A stretch of 64,000 nt of DNA from positions 781,084 to 845,083 of the forward strand of contig CAWEEQ010000004.1 in NCBI GenBank assembly GCA_963808235.1, written 5' to 3'. Each line of letters starts with the position of its first letter. The first letter of the stretch is position 1. The position numbers and the translations under genes are program-made. The notes under the pieces were generated by a model. It saw nothing but the letters and a program-made list of their open reading frames with translations. It did no database searches and had not been told where the DNA came from. Source of the stretch: an uncultured delta proteobacterium (lineage in GTDB: Bacteria > Desulfobacterota > Binatia > Binatales > Binataceae). Shown here piece by piece: positions 45,140 to 53,852 of this stretch.

Positions 45140-46570
45140 ATGGAACTCGTGCAGACAGCCAGAGTATCCAAACCGCCGGCCGCCGCGATGCTGGCCGGTG
45201 TGGCGGGGCTTGGCCTGCTCGGCTTGCTGATGCTCAACTATCCGAGCCTCGCGGCCGGCGCGGTGGTCCTTGCCGGCGGAGTCGCGGTCATTTGGGCGGC
45301 CCAGATGGTGCAGGGCAACACTGGCTACCTGCTTTGCTCGCTCCTGGTTATTGAAGAGCTGAGCGGGGCAAACTTTATCCCGCTCACACCCGATCAGCTC
45401 TACCTGGTCCGTTATCCATTGCTGGTTGCATTTTGCGGAGCCTCCGTGTGGAAGGCGCTCCATGACAAAGAGATATGGCGGGGCGGATTCCTTGATTACC
45501 TGATCTATCTTGGTTTTGGCGTTATAAGTATTTCCTATTCACTATTGCCTGGCTATTCGACCGCCAGGATTGCAGCTGCAATTCTGATGTTCATGACGAT
45601 AGTCAGAATTGCCCAAGCAGTAGCTAATCGCGAAGATATCGAGAAGCTACTCAATTGGTATCTGATCGGAACCGGAATCGTCTGGCTGGTGATACTGATC
45701 TGCTCGCTGACCATGTCTTACGATCTGATCTGGGACGTGGAAGACATGACCGGCATTGTTCGCCTGCGCGGCATCTACGGTTCTCCGAATCTGATTGGCG
45801 AAATCGCACTCCCCACCATGGGCGTGGCGGCGGTCATGTGGAACTCGGCCAGCGGATGGAAACGGGCGCTGCTCGCCGCGGAGATAATGCTGGCGGTCAC
45901 GCTCGCGATGCTGGCCGATTCGCGATCGCCATTCATCGGTTTCGGACTCGGCGGGCTCCTCTATTTGATTTGGAGATACCGGTTCCGCGCGGTGCCGATC
46001 ATTCTCGCGCTCGGAGTGGTGGGCTTCGGCCTAATTAGTCAGCTCAATCCCGAGTATCTCAGTCGTGGCGACGTTACCAGTCTCACCGGACGCACCGACA
46101 TCTGGAAGTTTGCGATCGAGAAAATCGAGCAACGTCCGCTGATCGGATATGGCTTCGAGGTCGAAGGCGAAATCATGAAGGCCCACGACTTTCCGATCTG
46201 GTGGGGACCGTGGGAGGAAGGCCCGCGCAGTTCCATCCACAGTGATTATCTGTCGAAGGCGGTCAGCCTCGGCGTCCCGGCGCTGATATTTTGGGTATTT
46301 TTCATCATCCGTCCGTGGCTCGCGCTGCTCCGGCGCAAGGACGATCCGTGGAATCTGAAACCGCTCTTGTTTCTCGTTGTCATTCCGATCCTGATTCTAG
46401 ATTTCACTGAGGCCACCGGCGACTGCCGTTATGCAGTAGGGACGATCGCGACGCTTGGTTGGGCGCTGGCGGAAAGGCAACGACTCGCGAACTTGCGCCG
46501 CCGTCCCGCGGCGCTCCAGCCGGCAGAGCCGATCAACCCGGCGACACCGCTGCTGCGGCGAGTAGGTTAA
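45140..46570 (+). CDS. O-antigen ligase/polymerase-like membrane protein (Wzy_C)
   Basis: About 476 aa from the MELVQTAR Met; more than 10 TM helices; a large loop with ADSRSPFIGFGLGGL typical of Wzy_C. Confidence 0.72.
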   Translation: MELVQTARVSKPPAAAMLAGVAGLGLLGLLMLNYPSLAAGAVVLAGGVAVIWAAQMVQGNTGYLLCSLLVIEELSGANFIPLTPDQLYLVRYPLLVAFCGASVWKALHDKEIWRGGFLDYLIYLGFGVISISYSLLPGYSTARIAAAILMFMTIVRIAQAVANREDIEKLLNWYLIGTGIVWLVILICSLTMSYDLIWDVEDMTGIVRLRGIYGSPNLIGEIALPTMGVAAVMWNSASGWKRALLAAEIMLAVTLAMLADSRSPFIGFGLGGLLYLIWRYRFRAVPIILALGVVGFGLISQLNPEYLSRGDVTSLTGRTDIWKFAIEKIEQRPLIGYGFEVEGEIMKAHDFPIWWGPWEEGPRSSIHSDYLSKAVSLGVPALIFWVFFIIRPWLALLRRKDDPWNLKPLLFLVVIPILILDFTEATGDCRYAVGTIATLGWALAERQRLANLRRRPAALQPAEPINPATPLLRRVG

Positions 46571-46584
46571 CGGATGTGGGCGAC

Positions 46585-47385
46585 ATGAGGCAGAGGACTA
46601 ATAATCTTCCGATACTGATGTATCACGCGATCTGGTCGGGCGCGGACGGTGCGATCCCCAGGACGTCGAGCATCGAGCACGCTGTAAAGGATCGTGACTT
46701 CCGCGCGCAACTCGATGCGATCGTCAGTGGCGCGTTTCACACCATCAAGCTCGCCGACCTCGAGCATCCGGTTGATGCGCCGAAGCCGCTGTTGATCACC
46801 TTCGATGACGGCCATGAAAGCGACTTCACCATCGCCGCGCCCGAGCTCGCGCGGCGAAATCTGCACGCAATCTTTTTTGTCGTATGGTCCTACCTCGGAC
46901 AGCCCGGCTATCTGAGTCGAGAACAAGTGCTCGCGTTGCGTGAGCAAGGATTCGAAATCGGTTCGCATGGACTGACCCACGTCCCGCTCAGCAAGATAAG
47001 TCCGGCGCAAGCGTCGAACGAAATCCTCGAATCGAAGCACAGACTGGAAGACTTGCTCCAGCAGCCAATCGCAGGGCTTGCGCTTCCGTTCGGCCATTAC
47101 AACGATGCGGTGCTGAAAGCCGCGTGGGCCGCCGGCTATCGCCGGGTGATGACCTCGGACTTCAGGATTGCCAATCGGGAGCATCGGATCATGCCGCGGA
47201 TGGGACCGATGGCTGAGCATACGCTGGAGGATTTCAAGTGGATGCTCGAAGCGAGTCGTGCAGCCGCGATTCGTCATCGCACGATTGAGGCGATTGGTGA
47301 GCGGTTGAAACGCTTTATCAGCTATGGAGAGGCGCTGCTGATGCGCGCCCAGAATGGGGAGGTTCTAGCCAAGCCCGAGAAATAG
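46585..47385 (+). CDS. polysaccharide deacetylase (NodB homology domain)
   Basis: LPILMYHAI, ITFDDGHESD, GFEIGSHGLTH motifs. Confidence 0.82.
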   Translation: MRQRTNNLPILMYHAIWSGADGAIPRTSSIEHAVKDRDFRAQLDAIVSGAFHTIKLADLEHPVDAPKPLLITFDDGHESDFTIAAPELARRNLHAIFFVVWSYLGQPGYLSREQVLALREQGFEIGSHGLTHVPLSKISPAQASNEILESKHRLEDLLQQPIAGLALPFGHYNDAVLKAAWAAGYRRVMTSDFRIANREHRIMPRMGPMAEHTLEDFKWMLEASRAAAIRHRTIEAIGERLKRFISYGEALLMRAQNGEVLAKPEK

Positions 47386-47410
47386 TCGGCGCTGACTGAA
47401 AACAAATAAA

Positions 47411-48277
47411 ATGCGTGAACACGAAATGGCCGAATTCTTTCGAGCGCTGGGGCACAAGATCGTCCAGACCCGGAGCTGTTTCTGGTACAGCTCGCAGCGC
47501 TTCCTCTACAAGAACCTGCCGATTCATCGCAACGTCGACCCCTCGCAGTCCGAACTCGCCAAGGTGATGTTCCGCGGGACCGCATTGGCAATTCGTTATC
47601 CGGAAACCGCCGGCGAATCGACCCCGGACGGCGGGATTTACGTTTGCGCGGACCGGAATTACGACTTCGCGTCGCTTACCGCCAATGCTCGCAGCCATAC
47701 CCGGCGTGGACTTGCGCGCAACATCGTCGAACAGGTCGATTTCAATGATCTCGCGAACAAGGCTTACCCGCTAATCCAGGAAACCAACCTGCGCCAGACC
47801 GGAAAACAGCCGATGCGCAGCGAGTCGCATTGGAGATCGTTTTGCGAACTCTCACGCCGAACGCCCGGGCTGGAGGCTTGGGCCGCGTTCGTTGACGGTG
47901 AGCTGGCCGCGTTTATCGTCGCGATGATGGCCGAGGATTGTTACTACCTTCACCTGCAAAAGAGCGCGTCGGCCCTGCTCAAGCACTATTCCAACAACGC
48001 CTTGCTGTTCACCGTGATGAAAGCGGCGCTCGCACGTCCCGAAGTCGGCTGGGTTTCCAACGGACAGATCGCGCTGGCCGCGAAAGAGGGTCTTTACCAT
48101 TTCAAGACCAGCATGGGCTTCGACATCCATCCGTTTAAAGAGCGGCTGGTTTTCAATCCGCTGATCAAGCCTGGTCTGTGGGCGGGCAGGGCGCTGACCA
48201 GCCGGCTCACGAAGGTCAATCCGGAAAATCTTTTCTGGCGGAGAGCTTCACGGGCATTCGACCTGGCGGGGGATTGA
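47411..48277 (+). CDS. FemAB/BioF2-like GNAT acyltransferase
   Basis: 288 aa; AAFVDGELAAFIVAMMAEDCYYLHLQKSASALLKHYSNNALLFTVMK...YHFKTSMGF resembles PF13480-type acyltransferases found in EPS loci. Confidence 0.5.
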   Translation: MREHEMAEFFRALGHKIVQTRSCFWYSSQRFLYKNLPIHRNVDPSQSELAKVMFRGTALAIRYPETAGESTPDGGIYVCADRNYDFASLTANARSHTRRGLARNIVEQVDFNDLANKAYPLIQETNLRQTGKQPMRSESHWRSFCELSRRTPGLEAWAAFVDGELAAFIVAMMAEDCYYLHLQKSASALLKHYSNNALLFTVMKAALARPEVGWVSNGQIALAAKEGLYHFKTSMGFDIHPFKERLVFNPLIKPGLWAGRALTSRLTKVNPENLFWRRASRAFDLAGD

Positions 48278-48439
48278 GGGCCAGTGAAGACGCATCAAAT
48301 GTCACTGGAAGGTTTGCTCGGAGTCGACGAGACGCAACACGGCCCCTGCAGGAATAGGGCGTTCGGATCAGGCACCGGTATCGTCGGTTGTGAAGGGCCC
48401 TGTATCGGAAATTATCTGAGTCCGGAGGGAACTGGCAGA

Positions 48440-48715
48440 TCAGGCTTCGACTTCCGCGGGCAGGTCTCGAAGGCATTTGCCGCAAAGCGCGTAGCACTCT
48501 TCCGGATCATCGCTCATGGCAAGAATTGCTACCACCCACGAATTGAGATCCGCGCACCGATGACAAACGAGCAAGCCACCTTCGGATCGAATCTTGAACC
48601 AGCACTCGGCGATTGTCACCGGATCTTCGATCAATTCGACGCGTACGCAACTGTCTTCAGGTTCCAAGGACGGTTCCATGACTTCTGGTGCTACGAATTT
48701 GGTGCGGCTGTTCAT
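48440..48715 (-). CDS. small hypothetical protein with CxxC...CxxC pattern, opposite strand to the EPS operon
   Basis: 91 aa from the ATG at 48715 (GAGGGG upstream); CHRC ... CGKC. Confidence 0.4.
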   Translation of the reverse strand: MNSRTKFVAPEVMEPSLEPEDSCVRVELIEDPVTIAECWFKIRSEGGLLVCHRCADLNSWVVAILAMSDDPEECYALCGKCLRDLPAEVEA

Positions 48716-48872
48716 AGTTAAACCCCTCAGCAAGGTCGCATCGAGCCCTAATCGAGCAACCATCATGCCAGTCAACCGCTTCCTTTCGCCCCGATTAAGG
48801 ACGGCAATTTGATAAGGATTGTGGGCATTGGGAAGGAAATGCCCGGTCGGCGCCAATTCGGGAGGTTTGTCG

Positions 48873-49745
48873 ATGCTGTTGGAGTCTAAAGAGGTGAAAA
48901 ATTTACGGGATTACCGGATTGAGCCTGATACGGCAATTCCGTTAAGGGTTGTTCGTCCAAGTAGAGTCAGGGAACTAACGATGTTCGAGGGAATATCGAG
49001 AGCGCCGTCTGATCATGGACCAGACGATGAACATGGGAATAGACTCCGCGGCCACCTGAAACGACGGGCCATCGATGAGATCGAACGGCTTTTCGGTTGG
49101 CTGAACAAACGCCAGCGAATCGAACCATCGGCACAACTGGTCAAGGTGAACCTGGGCAGCGGACTCTTCGTGGCTCCGGGATGGATCAACCTGGATGCCA
49201 GCGTAAAAACCGTGTTCGCGAGGCTCCCGCGTTTCGCGCTGCGCTGGACCTATCCGCTGGCGAACGTCCGGAACACGCACTCGCGCGATGAATTCGTCGC
49301 CTTGCTGCGGGATAATCGGTTTATTTTCCACAATTTGAAATATGGAATCCCGCTTCGAGATTCTTCGGTTGATTTCATTTATGCCTCCCACATGTTGCAT
49401 CACCTCTATCGTGACGACGCTTTGAAACTTCTTCGGGAGGCAATCCGGGTGCTCAAGCCAGGCGGCACCATGAGAATTGCGGTGCCAGATCTCGAACTTA
49501 TCGTCCGGCTATATCTGGAAGGGAGACGCGAGCAGGCACTGGGATATTTTTTCTATTTGCGGAGTCCAAGGAGCAACTTGAGCAGGCGCTACTATCAGTA
49601 CGATTTCACGCTCTTGAAGGTTCTTATGGAAGAAGCCGGAGCGCGGAACGTCCGACGTTGCAAGTTTCGGGAGGGCAGGGTCCCTGACCTCGAGCAGCTC
49701 GACCGGTTGTCCGAGGAGACCCTGTTCGTGGAAGGGGAACGTTAA
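48873..49745 (+). CDS. class I SAM-dependent methyltransferase
   Basis: VNLGSGLFVAPGWINLD (motif I), LKPGGTMRIAVPD. The ATG at 48873 has GGAGG 7 nt upstream. Confidence 0.78.
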   Translation: MLLESKEVKNLRDYRIEPDTAIPLRVVRPSRVRELTMFEGISRAPSDHGPDDEHGNRLRGHLKRRAIDEIERLFGWLNKRQRIEPSAQLVKVNLGSGLFVAPGWINLDASVKTVFARLPRFALRWTYPLANVRNTHSRDEFVALLRDNRFIFHNLKYGIPLRDSSVDFIYASHMLHHLYRDDALKLLREAIRVLKPGGTMRIAVPDLELIVRLYLEGRREQALGYFFYLRSPRSNLSRRYYQYDFTLLKVLMEEAGARNVRRCKFREGRVPDLEQLDRLSEETLFVEGER

Positions 49746-49817
49746 TCTCCCGATCTAAAAAAACTATACATATAAGGATTATATGCTTCAAATATCATCA
49801 AATAGTACTAAGAATCA

Positions 49818-49847
49818 TGGACAGTAATGAAGTCACCATGGTATAAT
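49818..49847 (+). promoter_or_regulatory. candidate strong sigma70 promoter with extended -10
   Basis: TGGACA (49818-23), 18-nt spacer ending in TG (49839-40), perfect TATAAT (49842-47), in an AT-rich 130-bp gap upstream of the Crp-family gene. Confidence 0.5.
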
Positions 49848-49884
49848 AAGGTACAGCAAGGGGTTTTCGACCCCTGAAGCTATC

Positions 49885-50718
49885 ATGAAGCGGCTCAGAC
49901 GCCCAAGAAAGCGAATTTTGGATGCTTCCGCCAGTCCGCCGGTGGAAAAGCCCTTGGAAATTCAGGCCCTTTTGAAGCTCTTTCCGACCCTCGAATCCGA
50001 AAAACTCAAACGGCTGGCCGGCGAGATGTCGTTGGTGCGATTCAAACGAGGCGATCGCATTCGCGTCGACACCCAGTCATCGACGGACGTACTGGTGGTT
50101 TTGAAGGGAGCGATCGCGATCACCTGGCAGCACGACAGCCGCCATCAGGTGCTGGTCACGATGCTCGCGCCGGGAGAAATGTACGCGGTTTCCACGCTGC
50201 TACCCGAGATGGCGCAAGGCCTGAAAGGCTGCGCATTCACCAGCAGCCTGGTAGCGACGATCGATTCGAAGAGGCTGGTGGAGATAGTTCTCGGCGTCGG
50301 GCTGGGAGCGTTCAAATCAGCGATGGAAATGACGGTTGGATGGTCGGCCGAAACGCTCATGCGATACATCAAGATGTTTCACATGGCGCCGCGCGATCGT
50401 CTAGTCATTGCGCTGATCGAGATGGGCGCAAAGTTCGGCGTGCGTGACTCGAGAGGCCTCATTCTGAATTTGCCGATGACTCAGAAGGACCTGGCCAACC
50501 TGCTGGGCGCATCGCGGCAAAAGGTCAACGCATACCTGGGCGAACTGGTGCGCATGGGAGCGGTGATCAATCTGAGCCGGCAGATCGTTCTGGTTCCGGA
50601 CAAGCTATTCGCGTTGGTCGGCGATCCCGATGTCCATTACTACAGCGCGCCGCACAAGCATTCGGTTGCCAAACCGCACGACCTCTCGTCGCATTCAAGA
50701 CGCGAGATGCATCTCTAA
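49885..50718 (+). CDS. Crp/Fnr-family transcriptional regulator
   Basis: cNMP-binding-like beta-roll (FKRGDRI...VLKGAIAI) and C-terminal HTH TQKDLANLLGASRQKVNAYLGELVRMGAV. Confidence 0.8.
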   Translation: MKRLRRPRKRILDASASPPVEKPLEIQALLKLFPTLESEKLKRLAGEMSLVRFKRGDRIRVDTQSSTDVLVVLKGAIAITWQHDSRHQVLVTMLAPGEMYAVSTLLPEMAQGLKGCAFTSSLVATIDSKRLVEIVLGVGLGAFKSAMEMTVGWSAETLMRYIKMFHMAPRDRLVIALIEMGAKFGVRDSRGLILNLPMTQKDLANLLGASRQKVNAYLGELVRMGAVINLSRQIVLVPDKLFALVGDPDVHYYSAPHKHSVAKPHDLSSHSRREMHL

Positions 50719-50844
50719 AAAGTTTGTTGCCGCGATCCGCGTGGAAATACTGCAACCGCGGGATCGCTTGACAGAACCTTGGCGCGCAATGTACTTTGCA
50801 TTGCAAAGCTATTTGCCGAATGGGCTCCTGGAATCGCCGACTAT

Positions 50845-51465
50845 ATGAAAGACCTGAACGAAGCGCTCACCGAGATCTCGGCGATTCGCGCGCAGATCGT
50901 ACGTACCGCGGAGTTTCGCGGCTATGGACCCGTGACTGTCGCGATGACCAGTCTCGTCGCGATCGCGGCTGCCGTGGTCCAGGCCCGATTCTTCACCGTC
51001 GCGGCGCATGACGTACGGATCTACCTGGCCGTATGGATCTCGACCGCCGCGATCGCGACCGGCCTTATTGGGTTCGAAATGGTGACTCGGTCGCGAACGA
51101 TCCATTCGGGTCTCGCCCAGGAGATGATCTTTCACGCCGTTGAGCAGCTCGTTCCATCGCTAATGGCCGGGGTCCTGATAATGGCCGTGCTAATCAGGGT
51201 CGCTCCTGAAGCCGTCTGGATGCTTCCCGGCCTGTGGCAGATCATCTTCAGCCTTGGCGTATTCGCCTCAGCGCGATTTCTGCCGCGAGCGGTGTTCGCG
51301 GTCGCGGCCTGGTATCTTGTCGCCGGCCTTGTTTGCCTCTCATGGGCTGCGGCCGAGCGCACGCTGTCGCCGTGGATGATGGGAATTCCATTCGGCGTCG
51401 GCCAGTTGCTGGCCGCGTCGATTCTGCAATGGAGTGAAACAGGTATCGATGGCTCAACCGAGTAA
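50845..51465 (+). CDS. integral membrane protein, unknown function
   Basis: About 206 aa; an amphipathic N-terminus followed by about 5 TM helices. Its 3' end overlaps the next gene. Confidence 0.5.
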   Translation: MKDLNEALTEISAIRAQIVRTAEFRGYGPVTVAMTSLVAIAAAVVQARFFTVAAHDVRIYLAVWISTAAIATGLIGFEMVTRSRTIHSGLAQEMIFHAVEQLVPSLMAGVLIMAVLIRVAPEAVWMLPGLWQIIFSLGVFASARFLPRAVFAVAAWYLVAGLVCLSWAAAERTLSPWMMGIPFGVGQLLAASILQWSETGIDGSTE

Positions 51466-51835
51466 AGACAAGCCGCGCGCGGGCCGCTTTTCATACGAAG
51501 GTCTCGACCGCGTGATCCACGAGCGGGCCCGGCTCAGCATTCTGACGTCTCTAATCGCCAACAAGCACGGTCTTTTGTTTGCCGATTTGAAGCGGCTCTG
51601 CGCGCTCAGCGACGGTAACCTGAGCCGCCATCTTCAGGTTCTTCAGGAGGCGAAATTGATCGCGGTATCCAAGGGCTTTGAAAAGAATCGGCCGCAGACG
51701 GCATGCCGGATCACCGCGCTGGGACGCGCACGCTACCTCGAATACCTCGAAGTTCTCGAGCAAGTGGTGCGCGATGCGGCGGCGGGGTTGAACGAACAGC
51801 CGCGTGGCGTAGCGGAGCGCCTAGCGCCGACCTGA
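51449..51835 (+). CDS. winged-helix transcriptional regulator (HTH_34-like)
   Basis: [57 protein letters not shown]; a GTG at 51434 is an alternative start. Confidence 0.7.
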   Translation: MAQPSKDKPRAGRFSYEGLDRVIHERARLSILTSLIANKHGLLFADLKRLCALSDGNLSRHLQVLQEAKLIAVSKGFEKNRPQTACRITALGRARYLEYLEVLEQVVRDAAAGLNEQPRGVAERLAPT

Positions 51836-51860
51836 GATTTTTTTAATTGGTTACTCTACG

Positions 51861-52622
51861 ATGCCAAGTACTCTACAATGCAATGCTAACCTTCACGTCG
51901 CAATTATCATGGATGGCAACGGACGCTGGGCCACCAGCCGCCGTCTGCCGCGCTCCGCTGGCCATCGCGCAGGCATCCAGGCGGTGCGCGCAGCGGTCGA
52001 GGCGGCGTTCGACTTCGGTATCAAAACGCTCACCCTGTTCGCCTTTTCCTCCGACAACTGGCTGCGACCTCGGGACGAGGTCAAGTCGCTGATGTGGATG
52101 CTTCGCGGCTACCTCCGCAGCGACACGCGCCGCTTCATCGAGAGTGGCTCGCGCGTGGTCGTGATCGGCCGCCGCGACCGCTTGCCGGCGTCCATCCGCG
52201 CGGAGATCCGTCGAATCGAACGCGCGACTGCGCACGGCCGACGCCTTACGGTGCGAGTCGCAATCGACTACTCCTCGCGGGATTCCATACTGCGGGCCGC
52301 ATCGAGGCTGCCCGCGGGGCGACTCTGGTCGCGCGAGGATTTCGCGCGCTTCCTGGTCGAGCCGCCTGCAATCGCCGATACCCGTCCGCCGCTCGATAGC
52401 GAGGTTGACCTGCTTATCCGAACCGGTGGCGAGCAGCGGCTTTCCGATTTCATGCTGTGGGAATCGGCGTACGCGGAACTGCTTTTCAGCGATCTGATGT
52501 GGCCCGAGTTCGGAGCCAACGAGCTCAAGTCGGCGGTTGAAGAGTTTCATCGCCGCGAGCGGCGCTTCGGAACCCTCATAATTTCCAAACCCAACGCGGC
52601 CTTCGCGCCAGGAGAATCATGA
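51861..52622 (+). CDS. uppS: isoprenyl transferase (undecaprenyl-diphosphate synthase)
   Basis: [55 protein letters not shown] are the cis-prenyltransferase signatures. Confidence 0.92.
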   Translation: MPSTLQCNANLHVAIIMDGNGRWATSRRLPRSAGHRAGIQAVRAAVEAAFDFGIKTLTLFAFSSDNWLRPRDEVKSLMWMLRGYLRSDTRRFIESGSRVVVIGRRDRLPASIRAEIRRIERATAHGRRLTVRVAIDYSSRDSILRAASRLPAGRLWSREDFARFLVEPPAIADTRPPLDSEVDLLIRTGGEQRLSDFMLWESAYAELLFSDLMWPEFGANELKSAVEEFHRRERRFGTLIISKPNAAFAPGES

Positions 52623-53434
52623 ATCGATCAACGCAGGATTGGGTGGATCACTTTCGCTGGAACGGTTCGGTTGCGATGCGCATCCCATGGCATATCGGTC
52701 CCGATTTGAGCGATGAGGAACGGGCTGCGATCTCTCATTCAATCCAGATGTTCCAGCTCGGAGAGAACTCGGAGGGTCGGCATCTGATGCGCTACGCGAA
52801 AGAGTGGGCCGCCCGCACCGGCGACATCGCCTACCCGGAGGCGATCAGGATGCTGATCGTCGAAGAACAGCGCCACGCCGGTGTGCTGGGCCGCTTCATG
52901 GAGGTCAATGGAATTGCGCGCGTCAAAGGCGGCTGCACCGACGGAGTTTTCCGACGGGTGCGAAATATGTTCGGCACGCTGGAGATCTCGATCAGTGTCC
53001 TGGTGACGGCCGAGATCATCGCGAAGATTTACTATCCGGCATTGAGCGAGGCGACCGCGTCGATCGTCCTGCGCGAAATTTGCAAGCAGATTTATCGTGA
53101 GGAAATTGCGCACGTGGAGTTCCAAACCGAGCAACTGGCGCGCATCCGGGCCGGGCGGAATGCGTCGGGCATGTGGGCGACCCGCTTTTTTCACCGCGCG
53201 CTCTTCTATCCGACCGTCATCGTAGTCGGCGCGTCTCATCAGATGACGTTGCGCCGCGGCGGTTTATCGCTGCGGCAGTTCTTCTCGCGATGCCACCGGC
53301 AATTCGTGCGCGACCTTGCCGCGATGGAACCGGACCGGAACTCGCGCCGGAGCGAAGGGCGCGCTATCGAGACCCGAGGAAAAGTGCCTATCGAGGATCT
53401 TCCGTCAACTGCGATTCACAACATTCAGTCATAA
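52619..53434 (+). CDS. ferritin-like (diiron-carboxylate type) protein, unknown function
   Basis: 271 aa. Two ExxH motifs ([16 protein letters not shown]) sit about 95 residues apart in predicted helices. ATGA overlap with uppS. Confidence 0.5.
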   Translation: MNRSTQDWVDHFRWNGSVAMRIPWHIGPDLSDEERAAISHSIQMFQLGENSEGRHLMRYAKEWAARTGDIAYPEAIRMLIVEEQRHAGVLGRFMEVNGIARVKGGCTDGVFRRVRNMFGTLEISISVLVTAEIIAKIYYPALSEATASIVLREICKQIYREEIAHVEFQTEQLARIRAGRNASGMWATRFFHRALFYPTVIVVGASHQMTLRRGGLSLRQFFSRCHRQFVRDLAAMEPDRNSRRSEGRAIETRGKVPIEDLPSTAIHNIQS

Positions 53435-53852
53435 TTCTATGACATATAGTTAGCACCAATCCGCGCCACCGAGTCGTAAGGATCCTCGCGATCGATCACC
53501 CCAATAGCTGGATTCGCGAACATCAGCGCGTCCTCGCGGGTATCGCCGGCAGGGCGCTGAAGCCCTGAGCCATGGCGACGCGCTCCGTCGTACCATTAGC
53601 TACGCCGCGTTTCGATTGCTCGATAGAAAGCCCGATCGCCAATCCAGTCAATATCGTTGAGTGTCAACGCGGCGACACTTTCTAGCTTTTCTTAATTTTT
53701 AGGTACAGGATTAATTGAAATCCACCCTTCCCCTTGTGTACCTACTTCACCCAAGACATTTCGAGAATTCGACTGCGGATTGTGTCCTTAGCGCGTTGAC
53801 CTGTTGACCGGTGCCGGCGTGTGTAGGGCGAGAGCTGGGGAGTAGCTCTGGT

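Noticed and set aside
53460-53700. Short minus-strand reading (ESVAALTLNDIDWIGDRAFYRAIETRRS*) that could be a gene remnant, for example a toxin C-terminus
   Set aside because: It is only about 30 codons with no start codon, and the family resemblance is too weak to support a pseudogene call.
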